Both the position numbers and the translations under genes were made by a program. The notes under the pieces were generated by a model. That model was given only the letters and a program-made list of their open reading frames with translations, was not told the DNA's origin and searched no databases. A stretch of 32,000 bases of DNA from assembly GCF_014055005.1 (NCBI RefSeq), contig NZ_CP059570.1:278008-310007 (forward strand), read 5' to 3'. The stretch is from Neisseria dentiae. Lineage in GTDB: Bacteria; Pseudomonadota; Gammaproteobacteria; Burkholderiales; Neisseriaceae. Below, piece after piece: positions 14,927 to 24,551 of this stretch. Position 1 is the first letter of the stretch. Each line of letters opens with the position of its first letter.

Positions 14927-15076
14927 GGCGGATTATTTTACTATGCCTGTATTGCGTGATGCAGGTGGGTTTTGCCGGTTTTGCCGGCGGCCGAAAATAA
15001 ATCTGCATGGTTTGCAAATGGTTTGGGCCGTGTAAGATATGTAAGGAAATTACATTTTCATAGAAAGATTGAGATC

Positions 15077-16348
15077 ATGACATATTGCTCTTCTAAAACA
15101 TTGCGCTTGGCGGCCGTAGCCGCTGCTACGCTGCTGGCATTGTCTGCCTGCGGCAAAAGTGAAGAATCGGCCCAGCAGGGCAAAGGGGGCGCGGCAGGCC
15201 AGCAGGCGCCCGCGCCCGTAGTGGGCGTGGTTACCGTGCAGCCGCAGTCGGTAACCATCAGCACCGAACTGCCCGGCCGTTTGGAGTCGCGCCGCTCGGC
15301 CGATATCCTGCCGCAAGTGAGCGGCATTATCAAAAAGCGTTTGTTTCAAGAGGGCAGTTATGTGAAGGCCGGTCAGGCGCTGTATCAGTTGGATGATGCA
15401 ACCTATACCGCTTCTTTGGAAAGCGCCCGCGCCGAGCTGGCTTCCGCACAGGCAACGTTGGCTAAGGCCAATGCCGATTTGGCGCGCTACAAGCCTTTGG
15501 TGGCCGCCGATGCCATCAGCAAGCAGGATTACGATGCCGCCGTGCAGTCTAAGCGCTCCGGCGAAGCCGGTGTGAAAGCTGCCCAAGCAGCAATCAGATC
15601 GGCCCAAATCAATGTGGACCGCTCGCGCATCAGCGCACCGATTTCCGGTTATATCGGCCAATCTTATGTTTCGGAAGGTGCGTTGGTTAGTTCCGGCAGC
15701 ACCACCAAGCTTGCCGTTATCCAGCAGACCAACCCCATGTATGTGAACCTTACCCAATCCGCAACCGATGCCATGAAGCTGCGCCAAGATATCGCCGACG
15801 GCAAAATGAAGGCGGTAAACGGCGCGGTGGAAGTGGACATCAAACTTGAAAACGGCCAAACCTACGCCCACAAAGGCCGCCTTCTGTTTGCAGACCCAAC
15901 GGTGGATGAAACCACCGGCCAAGTAACCCTGCGCGCCGAAGTGCCCAATCCCGATAACATTCTGCTGCCCAATTTATATGTGCGTGTGAGCCTGCCGCAG
16001 GCCGATATGGATGATGTGTTCGTGGTGCCGCAGCAGGCGGTAACGCGCGGCAAGCAAGATACGGTGATGATTGTGAACGCCCAAGGCGGTATGGAACCGC
16101 GCGTGGTAACGGTGGCGCAGCAATACGGCAGTAATTGGATTATTTCAGACGGCCTCAAGGCGGGCGACAAAGTGATTGTGGACGGTACATCTATCGCCGG
16201 TATGATGCAGGCGAAAAAAGTAACGCCTAAAGAATGGACGCCGCCTTCGGAGCAGGCATCGCAAGCCGCCCCCGCCGCCCAAGGCGCATCTGCCGTTCAG
16301 ACGGCCTCTGAAGCCAAACCCGCCGCCGCTTCCGGCGAGAAAAAATAA
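15077..16348 (+). CDS. mtrC: RND efflux periplasmic adaptor lipoprotein MtrC
   Basis: 423 aa from the ATG at 15077; the track start at 14972 is TTG. It has a lipobox (LLALSAC). Long blocks match MtrC as I recall it (APAPVVGVVTV, KRLFQEGSYV, LAKA.ADLARYKPLV, NPMYVN.TQSA, GRLLFADPTV). Confidence 0.9.
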   Translation: MTYCSSKTLRLAAVAAATLLALSACGKSEESAQQGKGGAAGQQAPAPVVGVVTVQPQSVTISTELPGRLESRRSADILPQVSGIIKKRLFQEGSYVKAGQALYQLDDATYTASLESARAELASAQATLAKANADLARYKPLVAADAISKQDYDAAVQSKRSGEAGVKAAQAAIRSAQINVDRSRISAPISGYIGQSYVSEGALVSSGSTTKLAVIQQTNPMYVNLTQSATDAMKLRQDIADGKMKAVNGAVEVDIKLENGQTYAHKGRLLFADPTVDETTGQVTLRAEVPNPDNILLPNLYVRVSLPQADMDDVFVVPQQAVTRGKQDTVMIVNAQGGMEPRVVTVAQQYGSNWIISDGLKAGDKVIVDGTSIAGMMQAKKVTPKEWTPPSEQASQAAPAAQGASAVQTASEAKPAAASGEKK

Positions 16349-16359
16349 GGAAGCGACAC

Positions 16360-19300
16360 ATGGCTAAATTTTTTATCGACCGCCCGATTTTTGCCTGGGT
16401 AATCGCGATTTTCGTGATTATCGCAGGTGTTGTGGGCATCAGAAGTCTGCCGGTTTCCCAATATCCTTCCGTGGGCGCACCTACCATCACGCTGACGGCC
16501 ACCTATCCGGGTGCATCGGCACAGGTAATGGAAGACAGCGTGCTGGCCGTTATCGAGCGCAATATGAACGGTGTGGAAGGCTTGGACTATATGACCACCA
16601 ATGCAACGTCCAGCGGCGGCGGCACGGTCAGCCTGACCTTTACCCCCGAAACCGACGAGGATATGGCGCAGGTTGAAGTGCAGAACAAACTTTCCGAAGT
16701 AACGGCGCTGCTGCCCGCAACCGTGCAGCAAAACGGTGTAACCGTATCCAAATCGCGATCCAACTTCCTGATGGTGTTGATGATGTCGTCCGACACCATG
16801 GACACAGAAGAAATCGCCGACTATGTGGAGCGCAACATCAAGCCGGAAATCCAGCGTGTGGAAGGTGTAGGCGAAGCCCGCCTGTTCGGCTCGCAACGTG
16901 CCATGCGCGTGTGGGTTGATCCGAAAAAACTGCAAAACTACAACCTTTCTTTTGCCGACGTATCTTCTGCCATCAGTGCCCAAAACGCCCAGCTTTCCGT
17001 AGGCACGATGGGCGATCTGCCTGCCGTACAGGGGCAGACCATTGCCGCCACCATTGTGGCGCAAGGCCAGATGAGCAAGCCCGAAGAGTTCGGCAACATC
17101 GTTTTGCGTTCCAGCACCGACGGTGCCAACGTTTATCTGAAAGACGTGGCCAAAATCGCTTTGGGCAGCCAGGATTATGCAACCGGCACGCGCTTGAACG
17201 GCAAGCCTTCGGTGGGTATGGCGGTGATGCTGTCCAACAGCGGTAACGCCGTGGCGACGGCTACCGCCGTGCGTGAAAAAATGGATCAGTTGCAGCGTTA
17301 TTTCCCCAACGATATGAAATGGTCGGCGCCTTACGATACGTCTAAGTTCGTGAACATTTCGATTGAGAAAGTGGTGCACACGCTGATCGAAGCCATTGTG
17401 TTGGTGTTTATTGTGATGTTCCTGTTTTTGCAGAATATCCGCTATACGCTGATTCCCACCATCGTGGTGCCGATTTCGCTGTTGGGTGCGTTTGCCTCGA
17501 TTTGGTATTTGGGCATGTCGATTAACGTGCTGACCATGTTTGCGATGGTGCTGGTAATCGGTATCGTGGTGGACGATGCGATTGTGGTGGTGGAAAACGT
17601 CGAGCGGATTATGGCCGAAGAAGGGCTGCCTCCGGTTGAAGCCACTAAAAAGGCCATGAGCCAGATTTCCGGTGCGGTAGTCGGTATTACAGCCGTGTTG
17701 ATTTCGGTGTTTGTGCCGCTGGCGATGTTCAGCGGCGCCACCGGTAATATTTACCGCCAGTTTGCCGTAACCATGGCGATTGCGATTGCTTTCTCGGCAT
17801 TTTTCGCCCTCACGCTCACGCCCGCTTTGTGCGCTTCCATGCTCAAAGCCATTCCCAAAGGCCATCACGAAGAGAAAAAAGGCTTTTTCGGCTGGTTCAA
17901 CCGCAAGTTTTCAGACGGCACACACCGCTACGAAGGCTGGGTGGCCAAGCTGTTGCGCAAATCCGCCCGCATGATGGTGGTGTATGTGGCGCTGGCCGCC
18001 GTGGCCGGTTTGCTGTTTGTGCGCATTCCCACATCCTTCCTGCCGACTGAAGACCAAGGCAGTCTGATGATGATGGTGCAGCTGCCTTCAGGCGCCACCA
18101 AAGAGCGTACCGATGCCACTTTGGCCGTTGCCAACCAAGTGATTACCTCCATGCCCGAAGTGGAAAACTTTATCGGCGTGTCTGGTTTCAGCTTTGCCGG
18201 TTCCGGCCAGAATATGGGTTTTGGTTTCGTGACCCTGAAAGATTGGAACGAGCGCAAAGCCGCAGGCAGTGATGCTGCTTCGGTGGCCGGTAAGATTACC
18301 GGTGCGCTGATGGGCAGCGTGCGCGACGGTTTTGCGATCGTGATGAACCCGCCCGCCATTATGGAATTGGGCACCAGCTCCGGTTTTGAAATGTATCTGC
18401 AAGACCGCAACAACAGCGGCCACGAAGCGTTGTTAGCCAAACGTAACGAGCTGATCGGCAAAATGCGCCAAAACCCGATGTTTGATGCCAGCAATGTGCG
18501 TGCTTCGGGTTTGGAAGATGCGCCACAGTTGAAGATTGAAATCGACCGTCAGGCCGCCGCCGCGCAGGGCATTGATTTTTCCAGCATCAAAACCGTTTTG
18601 GGTACGGCGTTGGGTTCTTCTTATATAAACGACTTCCCCAATAACGGCCGCTTGCAGCGGGTGATTGTTCAGGCCGATGCCGCCGCGCGTATGCAGCCTG
18701 CCGATATTCTTGCATTGCCCGTGCCCAACAGTAACGGCGTAGCGGTGCCGCTTTCCACCGTTGCCACCGTATCTTGGCAAAACGGTATGGAGCAGAGCGT
18801 GCGCTTCAACGGCTATCCCGCCATGCAGATTTCAGGCGCGGCGGCTACAGGTTATTCTTCGGGCGAAGTGATGGCCGAAGTGCAGAAAATGGTAGACCAA
18901 ATGCCCGGCTACAGCTTGGAATGGGGCGGCCAGTCGCGCGAAGAAGCCAAGGGCAGCTCGCAAACTTATGTTTTGTATGGTTTTGCCATTTTGGCCGTAT
19001 TCCTCGTGCTGGCCGCATTGTATGAAAGCTGGTCGATTCCGCTGGCCGTGATTTTGGTGGTGCCGCTGGGCTTCTTGGGTGTGGTGTTGGGTGTAACCGG
19101 CCGCAACCTTACCGGTAATCTGTTCGGTATGCCTGCCCAATACCTCAACGATATCTACTTCCAAGTCGGCCTGATTACCGTAATCGGTTTGAGTGCGAAG
19201 AACGCCATTCTGATTATCGAGTTTGCCAAAGACTTGCAAGAGCAGGGCAAAACGGCCATTGCCGCAGCACTGGAAGCCGCACACCTGCGTTTCCGTCCGA

Positions 19301-19560
19301 TTATTATGACCTCGTTTGCCTTTATCTTGGGCGTGGTGCCGCTGTATATCGCTTCGGGTGCCAGCTCGGCCAGTCAACGCGCCATTGGTACGACTGTGTT
19401 GTGGGGGATGTTGGTCGGTACGGTTTTGGCCGTGTTCCTTGTGCCGATTTTCTATGTTGTGGTGCGTAAAATCTTTAAAGGAGGCCACGGTACACCTGAG
19501 CAAGAACAGGTTGCAGACAATGCCGCCTTAACCGATAATGCCCACCCTGGCAAGGATTAA
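16360..19560 (+). CDS. mtrD: RND multidrug efflux permease MtrD
   Basis: 1066 aa. It begins MAKFFIDRPIFAWVI and has the 12-TM HAE1 architecture. It is highly similar to gonococcal MtrD as I recall it. Confidence 0.95.
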   Translation: MAKFFIDRPIFAWVIAIFVIIAGVVGIRSLPVSQYPSVGAPTITLTATYPGASAQVMEDSVLAVIERNMNGVEGLDYMTTNATSSGGGTVSLTFTPETDEDMAQVEVQNKLSEVTALLPATVQQNGVTVSKSRSNFLMVLMMSSDTMDTEEIADYVERNIKPEIQRVEGVGEARLFGSQRAMRVWVDPKKLQNYNLSFADVSSAISAQNAQLSVGTMGDLPAVQGQTIAATIVAQGQMSKPEEFGNIVLRSSTDGANVYLKDVAKIALGSQDYATGTRLNGKPSVGMAVMLSNSGNAVATATAVREKMDQLQRYFPNDMKWSAPYDTSKFVNISIEKVVHTLIEAIVLVFIVMFLFLQNIRYTLIPTIVVPISLLGAFASIWYLGMSINVLTMFAMVLVIGIVVDDAIVVVENVERIMAEEGLPPVEATKKAMSQISGAVVGITAVLISVFVPLAMFSGATGNIYRQFAVTMAIAIAFSAFFALTLTPALCASMLKAIPKGHHEEKKGFFGWFNRKFSDGTHRYEGWVAKLLRKSARMMVVYVALAAVAGLLFVRIPTSFLPTEDQGSLMMMVQLPSGATKERTDATLAVANQVITSMPEVENFIGVSGFSFAGSGQNMGFGFVTLKDWNERKAAGSDAASVAGKITGALMGSVRDGFAIVMNPPAIMELGTSSGFEMYLQDRNNSGHEALLAKRNELIGKMRQNPMFDASNVRASGLEDAPQLKIEIDRQAAAAQGIDFSSIKTVLGTALGSSYINDFPNNGRLQRVIVQADAAARMQPADILALPVPNSNGVAVPLSTVATVSWQNGMEQSVRFNGYPAMQISGAAATGYSSGEVMAEVQKMVDQMPGYSLEWGGQSREEAKGSSQTYVLYGFAILAVFLVLAALYESWSIPLAVILVVPLGFLGVVLGVTGRNLTGNLFGMPAQYLNDIYFQVGLITVIGLSAKNAILIIEFAKDLQEQGKTAIAAALEAAHLRFRPIIMTSFAFILGVVPLYIASGASSASQRAIGTTVLWGMLVGTVLAVFLVPIFYVVVRKIFKGGHGTPEQEQVADNAALTDNAHPGKD

Positions 19561-19562
19561 GT

Positions 19563-21002
19563 ATGAAACACATGAACTTCAAGCCCCTTATTAGTGCCGT
19601 GGCCGTGAGTATTGCCCTGTCGGCCTGCGCCATGATTCCGAAATACGAGCAGCCGCAGGTAAGCGTGCCCGAGAATTTCAAATACGACACTTATCCAGGC
19701 ACCGGCATTCAGGCGGCCTCTTTGGGCTGGCAGGATTATTTCGCCGACCCGCGCCTGCACCGCCTGATTGAAATCGCGTTGGCGCGCAACACCGATTTGC
19801 GCAGCGCCGCGCTCAATGCCGAAGCCCTGCGCAAGCAGTATATGATTCAGCGTGCCGACCTGCTGCCCGGCATCAATGCCACCGGCAGCGGTTCGCGCGG
19901 CAGAACGGCGGCCGATTTGAGCAACACGGGCCGGTCGTATGTGTCGTCGGCTTACAGCGTCGGCTTGGGCGTAACTTCTTACGAAATCGACCTGTTCGGC
20001 AAAGTGCGCAGCAACACCGAAGCCGCCTTGCAAAGCTATTTCAACAGCGCCGCCACCCGCGATGCCACCCATCTTTCTCTGGTGGCTTCGGTGGCGAAAG
20101 CCTATTTCAACGAACTTTATGCCGCAGAAAGCATGAAGCTGGCGCAAAACGTGTTGAAAACCCGCGAGCAAACCTACAAACTCACCCAGCTGAAACACAA
20201 AGCGGGCGTGGTTTCCGCCGTTGATTTGCGCCAGCAGGAAGCCCTGATCGAATCGGCCAAAGCCGATTATGCTAATGCCGTGAAATCCAAAGAGCAGGCG
20301 GCAAACGCGTTGGCCGTGCTGATCAACCAGCCGCTTCCGGCCGATTTGCCGGCCGGATTGCCGTTGAACAAACAGTTCAAAATCAGCAAATTGCCCGCAG
20401 GCTTAAGCTCCGAAGTGATGCTTAACCGCCCCGACATCCGCGCAGCGGAGCATTCGCTCAAACAGGCCAACGCCAATATCGGTGCGGCGCGTGCGGCGTT
20501 TTTCCCCAGCATCAGCCTCACCAGCACCATCGGCACAGGTTCTACCGAGTTGAGCGGTTTGTTTAAGGGCGGCAACGGCACATGGTCGTTCGCACCCAGC
20601 ATCAATCTGCCGATTTTCAACTGGGGCAGCAACAAAGCCAACCTCGATGCTGCGAAAATCCGCCAGCAGATTCAAGTGGTTAATTATGAGGCCGCCGTAC
20701 AGTCGGCTTTCCAAGACGTAGCCAACGCCTTGGTTGCCCGCGAGCAGCTGGATAAAAGCAATGCCGCTTTAACCAAGCAGAGCAGGGCTTATGCCGATTC
20801 GCTGCGCCTGATTAACCTGCGCTACCGCCACGGCGTATCCAGCGCGCTCGATTTGCTCGATGCCGAGCGCAGCAGCTACAGCGCCGATACCGCGCTGCTG
20901 GCCAACCAGCTCACCCGTTTGGAGAACCTTGCCGACCTGTATAAAGCCCTCGGCGGCGGTTTGAAGCGTTACACCCAAAACGACGATGCCGCCCGGCAAT
21001 AA
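19563..21002 (+). CDS. mtrE: Outer-membrane channel lipoprotein MtrE (NodT/OMF family)
   Basis: 479 aa with a lipobox (IALSAC). It has the two-repeat OMF architecture and lies 2 nt after mtrD. Confidence 0.9.
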   Translation: MKHMNFKPLISAVAVSIALSACAMIPKYEQPQVSVPENFKYDTYPGTGIQAASLGWQDYFADPRLHRLIEIALARNTDLRSAALNAEALRKQYMIQRADLLPGINATGSGSRGRTAADLSNTGRSYVSSAYSVGLGVTSYEIDLFGKVRSNTEAALQSYFNSAATRDATHLSLVASVAKAYFNELYAAESMKLAQNVLKTREQTYKLTQLKHKAGVVSAVDLRQQEALIESAKADYANAVKSKEQAANALAVLINQPLPADLPAGLPLNKQFKISKLPAGLSSEVMLNRPDIRAAEHSLKQANANIGAARAAFFPSISLTSTIGTGSTELSGLFKGGNGTWSFAPSINLPIFNWGSNKANLDAAKIRQQIQVVNYEAAVQSAFQDVANALVAREQLDKSNAALTKQSRAYADSLRLINLRYRHGVSSALDLLDAERSSYSADTALLANQLTRLENLADLYKALGGGLKRYTQNDDAARQ

Positions 21003-21019
21003 TCTTTGATGAAACAGAG

Positions 21020-21074
21020 GCCGTCTGAAAACAACAGCTTATCTCAAGCCTAAAGTTTTCAGACGGCTTTTTTT
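21020..21074 (+). terminator. mtrCDE terminator (DUS pair)
   Basis: GCCGTCTGAAAAC (21020-21032) pairs with GTTTTCAGACGGC (21055-21067), followed by T7. Confidence 0.75.
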
Positions 21075-21085
21075 ATTATATCTTA

Positions 21086-21113
21086 TTTACAAATCTATAA
21101 AACTAGATATAAT
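21086..21113 (+). promoter_or_regulatory. Promoter of the arsR-family gene with an embedded palindromic operator
   Basis: -35 TTTACA (21086-21091), 16-nt spacer, -10 TATAAT (21108-21113). The palindrome ATCTA-N6-TAGAT (21093-21108) sits in the spacer. Confidence 0.55.
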
Positions 21114-21144
21114 CACCGCCATATCCACCCGCCACGCCGCGCAC

Positions 21145-21474
21145 ATGAACACCATCGAAGTTTTAAAAGCCTTATCCAACGAACACCGCTTGCAAATGCT
21201 GCAATGGTTGAAAAACCCTTACGGGCATTTCGCGGCCGAGCGTTTGAACAACCAAGAAATGTTGCAAGCCTCGGGCGAAGCGTTCGACGGCTGGGTGTGC
21301 GTGGGCATGATTACTGAAAAATCGGGCTTGGCGCAGTCGGTGGTGTCGGGCTATCTGAGCACCTTAAAGCAGGCCGGGCTGATCGAAAGCCGGCGGGTGG
21401 GCAAATGGACTTACTACCGCTATCTGCCGCAAGGCGTGGCCGGATTAATCGAAGCCCTGCAAAAAAACTTGTAA
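21145..21474 (+). CDS. ArsR/SmtB-family winged-helix transcriptional regulator
   Basis: 109 aa. It contains LKALSNEHRLQMLQWL plus the recognition helix region GLAQSVVSGYLSTLKQAGLIESRRVGKWTYY. Confidence 0.8.
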   Translation: MNTIEVLKALSNEHRLQMLQWLKNPYGHFAAERLNNQEMLQASGEAFDGWVCVGMITEKSGLAQSVVSGYLSTLKQAGLIESRRVGKWTYYRYLPQGVAGLIEALQKNL

Positions 21475-21561
21475 GGCAGGGATTCAGCGGTTCGCGGCAG
21501 CTGGTTTTGCCGCGTATCGTAAACGTTTTGCGCTGTTCGCAGCGGTTTTTAAACGGATTAA

Positions 21562-21581
21562 ATATCTAAATTTTTAGATAT
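21562..21581. promoter_or_regulatory. 20-bp palindrome ATATCTAAA-TT-TTTAGATAT upstream of the OYE gene (candidate ArsR-family operator)
   Basis: Perfect 9-bp arms. It shares the ATCTA...TAGAT core with the palindrome in the arsR-family promoter. Confidence 0.5.
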
Positions 21582-21768
21582 ATGTAATACAGAAATTTTC
21601 GATTGGTAAACTTAAAGGGGCAGTCAATATGCAAACCAGCCAACTGCCCAATCTTTCCGTGTTAAACCAAAACAACAGCGGCCTGTTTGAACAAGCCGCC
21701 GCACCGCTTTCAGACGGCCTATCGGGCGTATGATTTCAATTGATTCACAGACAAATAAGGAAACCAAA

Positions 21769-22845
21769 ATGGCCAAATTCCGTTTTCTCAACACCCCGTT
21801 TACCATCAAAAACCTCGCGCTGAAAAACCGCTTGGTGATGCCGCCGATGTGCCAATATCAGGCTACTGACGGCGTGCCGAACGATTGGCATTATGTGCAC
21901 TACGTTTCCCGCGCCGTCGGCGGCGCCGGCTTGATTATTGTGGAGATGACCAACGTTGCCCCCAACGGCCGCATCAGCCCGCGCTGTTTGGGCTTGTGGA
22001 ACGACGAACAGCGCGATGGGTTTAAAAAAATCGTCGATGCCGTACACGCGCAGGGCAGCAAGATTGCCATTCAAATCGCCCATGCCGGCCGCAAAGCCTT
22101 GGGCACCGACGATGTGGTGTCCGCTTCGGCCAACGGTGCGTACGGCGGCGGTGTGGAAGCCGACCCGCGCTGGGGCGGCTATCAGGAGCCGCGCGAATTG
22201 TCGCGCGCAGAAATCGCCCAAACCGTGCAGGCGTTTCAGGATGCGGTGCGCCGCGCGGTGGAAGCGGGTTTTGATGCCATCGAGCTGCACGGCGCACACG
22301 GTTATTTGATCCACCAGTTCCACGCACCGAAAACCAATCTGCGCAGCGATGAATACGGCGAAAACAAATTTTTGTTCGGCGAGCAGGTAATTGCCGCCGC
22401 CCGTGCGGTGATGCCGCCGGAAATGCCGCTGTTGGTGCGCATTTCTGCGCAGGAATACGGCGCAAACGGTTATGACCTGGCCTATGGCTGCGAAATCGCC
22501 AAGCATTATGCCGCGGCAGGCGCCGATGTGATTGATGTGAGCGGCGGCGGCGACGATACGCCCGATGCTGCGCATATGCCGCAGATTGCCGCCGGTTATC
22601 AGGTATATTTGGCCGATGCGGTGAAAAAGGCCACCGGCCTGCCGGTGATTGCCGTCGGCCTGCTGGACGATCCCGCCGTCGCCGATTATGTGTTGGGCAG
22701 TGGTGCCGCCGATCTGGTGGCCGTCGGCCGCGGCCTGCTGCGCGATCCGTATTGGCTGTTAAACGCGCAATACCGCCAAACCGCCGCCGATGCCGCGCCA
22801 GTGCAGTTCGTGCCTGATTCTTATCGGCGCGCGTTCGGCGTGTAG
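21769..22845 (+). CDS. namA: NADPH dehydrogenase / NADH:flavin oxidoreductase (Old Yellow Enzyme, NamA-type)
   Basis: 358 aa from the ATG at 21769 (RBS AAGGA). The sequence MAKFRFLNTPFTIKNLALKNRLVMPPMCQY ... HGAHGYLIHQF is typical of the YqjM/NamA class. Confidence 0.85.
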   Translation: MAKFRFLNTPFTIKNLALKNRLVMPPMCQYQATDGVPNDWHYVHYVSRAVGGAGLIIVEMTNVAPNGRISPRCLGLWNDEQRDGFKKIVDAVHAQGSKIAIQIAHAGRKALGTDDVVSASANGAYGGGVEADPRWGGYQEPRELSRAEIAQTVQAFQDAVRRAVEAGFDAIELHGAHGYLIHQFHAPKTNLRSDEYGENKFLFGEQVIAAARAVMPPEMPLLVRISAQEYGANGYDLAYGCEIAKHYAAAGADVIDVSGGGDDTPDAAHMPQIAAGYQVYLADAVKKATGLPVIAVGLLDDPAVADYVLGSGAADLVAVGRGLLRDPYWLLNAQYRQTAADAAPVQFVPDSYRRAFGV

Positions 22846-22867
22846 GCTTTTATCAAGGAGCCGCACT

Positions 22868-23776
22868 ATGCCCGCCCCATCGCGTTTGCGCGTCCACCTG
22901 CAACTTATCGGCATGGCGTTGTTTTGGGGTGCGAGCTGGTCGTTTGCGAAAACCATGGTGCAGCATATGCCGCCGATTGCCGGCGCCGGCCTGCGCTTTG
23001 TGTTCAGCACCGCCATTCTCTTGATGTGGCTGTATTACCGGCAAGGCTTTGCACCGCTGCGCGCGCTTGGCCGCCCGCAGTGGGCGGGGCTGATTATTGC
23101 CGGCTTTTTCGGCATTTATCTCTATGCCGTCTTTTTCATGGTTGCCCTGCAATATGTGCCCGCCGGCAAAGGCGCGACCACGGTTGCCCTAAACCCGGTG
23201 CTGCCTTTGTTGCTCGGCGCCTGGCTGTTTCGCGAACCGCTTAACCTGCGTATTTTCTGCGGCATGGCGCTGGCGGTTGCCGGTGCATTAACCGCCATTT
23301 CTCGTGGCGATTGGCTGGCGCTGTTTTCCGGCGGGCTGGGCATGGGCGAATATATGCTTTTCGGTGCCGTGCTGAGTTGGGGCGCCTATACCCTTATCGG
23401 CCGCTTTCTGCTCAAGGGTATCCCGCCGCTCATCAGCACGCTTGTTGCGGCGGGCAGCGGCAGCCTGATGCTGCTGGTAACTTCGTTTTTGGTTGAAGGC
23501 GTGCACGGCTGGCAGCAGCTTGCCCATACGCAGCCGGCGGCATGGATGAGTTTGGCCGGTATCGTTGTGCTGGCTACTGTGCTGGGCTATTTGTGGTATT
23601 TCGACGGCATCAAAGCGTTGGGCGCGGGTAAAGCCGCAATCTATATGGCGCTGGTACCGGTTTTCGGCATCACCGTCTCTACTTTGTGGTTGAACGAACC
23701 TTTGCATGTTTCCCTGCTCGGCGGTGCGGTGATGGTGGTGGGCGGTATGTTGGTTATGAATCTTCGGAAAACATAA
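22868..23776 (+). CDS. DMT-superfamily (EamA-like) transporter
   Basis: 302 aa from the ATG at 22868 (RBS AAGGAG). It has about 10 hydrophobic segments in two EamA-like halves. Confidence 0.8.
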   Translation: MPAPSRLRVHLQLIGMALFWGASWSFAKTMVQHMPPIAGAGLRFVFSTAILLMWLYYRQGFAPLRALGRPQWAGLIIAGFFGIYLYAVFFMVALQYVPAGKGATTVALNPVLPLLLGAWLFREPLNLRIFCGMALAVAGALTAISRGDWLALFSGGLGMGEYMLFGAVLSWGAYTLIGRFLLKGIPPLISTLVAAGSGSLMLLVTSFLVEGVHGWQQLAHTQPAAWMSLAGIVVLATVLGYLWYFDGIKALGAGKAAIYMALVPVFGITVSTLWLNEPLHVSLLGGAVMVVGGMLVMNLRKT

Positions 23777-23837
23777 GGCTGCTTTTGCATAACGCTGATG
23801 TAGTAGATGGCGTTATGGATTTTGCAAAGGGTTGGTT

Positions 23838-23895
23838 GTTATAAAAACACCGCGGCCGTCTGAAATGTTTCAGACGGCCGCGGTGTTTTTATAAC
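23838..23895. terminator. 58-bp perfect palindrome containing a DUS pair (bidirectional terminator or insulator)
   Basis: GTTATAAAAACACCGCGGCCGTCTGAAA (23838-23865) is the exact reverse complement of 23868-23895. Confidence 0.7.
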
Positions 23896-24011
23896 AAAAT
23901 ATTAAATTTTTTCAATCGCTTGAAGATTTATCATAAAAAATCTGTAGCAACGTGTAAGAAGCCGCCGCCTGTGCCGTCTACTCGGGCATGAACGATTTTT
24001 CAGGAACCATC

Positions 24012-24467
24012 ATGAACCGCACAGCTTGTTTGAGCCGCTTTTCAGACACATGGGGCAAAGATGCCGCGATTTTGGGTTTGCGCTTGTTTGCCGCTTATGA
24101 ATTCTGGGAAGCGGGCATTGAAAAATGGAACGGCCAAAACTGGTTTGCCGATATTCAAAGCGCGTTTCCGTTTCCGTTCAATTTGTTTTCCGCTGGATTC
24201 AACTGGACGGCGGCAACGGGCATCGAGTTGGTGGCGCCGCTGTTGCTGCTGTTCGGCCTGTTCGGGCGCGCCGGCGCGCTGATGCTGATGGCACTAACGG
24301 CGGTGGCATGGGCGGCGGTACACAGCGGCAACGGCTATAACGTGTGCGACAACGGCTACAAAATGGCACTGATTTATCTGGTGGCGCTGCTGCCGTTGGT
24401 TTTGCAGGGCATGGGCCGTTTTTCGCTGGACTATCTGCTTTTCGGCCGGCGCAATAAGGCCGTCTGA
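24012..24467 (+). CDS. DoxX-family membrane protein, first gene of the sigmaE / MNIO operon
   Basis: 151 aa from the ATG at 24012 (RBS AGGA); an alternative ATG lies at 23988. It has four hydrophobic segments and a DoxX-like N-terminus (LGLRLFAAYEFWEAGIEKW). Confidence 0.75.
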   Translation: MNRTACLSRFSDTWGKDAAILGLRLFAAYEFWEAGIEKWNGQNWFADIQSAFPFPFNLFSAGFNWTAATGIELVAPLLLLFGLFGRAGALMLMALTAVAWAAVHSGNGYNVCDNGYKMALIYLVALLPLVLQGMGRFSLDYLLFGRRNKAV

Positions 24468-24551
24468 AACGGTTAAGCGCCGTTTTATCCGGCAGAGATT
24501 TTATTCTTTATTGGTTTTATCCCCTCTATATGTTTGAAAGGAAAAAGAAAT

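Noticed and set aside
14972-15076. TTG-initiated 35-aa leader on mtrC, and similar upstream extensions at 12875 (recombinase), 21730 (namA), 22790 (EamA), 24534 and 24793 (precursors)
   Set aside because: In each case an internal ATG preceded by a Shine-Dalgarno sequence gives the canonical N-terminus (lipobox, signal peptide or MYLGIDVGK). The extensions look non-protein-like.
16297-17868. 523-aa minus-strand ORF, plus similar ones at 15050-15922, 17928-18494, 18832-19503 and 19557-20198
   Set aside because: All are antisense to mtrC, mtrD or mtrE, which have near full-length similarity to known proteins. The products are H/R/G-rich low-complexity sequences typical of shadow frames.
23945-23980. 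ECF-type promoter (GCAAC ... CGTCTA) upstream of doxX
   Set aside because: The spacing between the AAC and CGTC elements is about 23 nt, well beyond the 16-17 nt typical of ECF promoters. I cannot support a promoter call from sequence alone.
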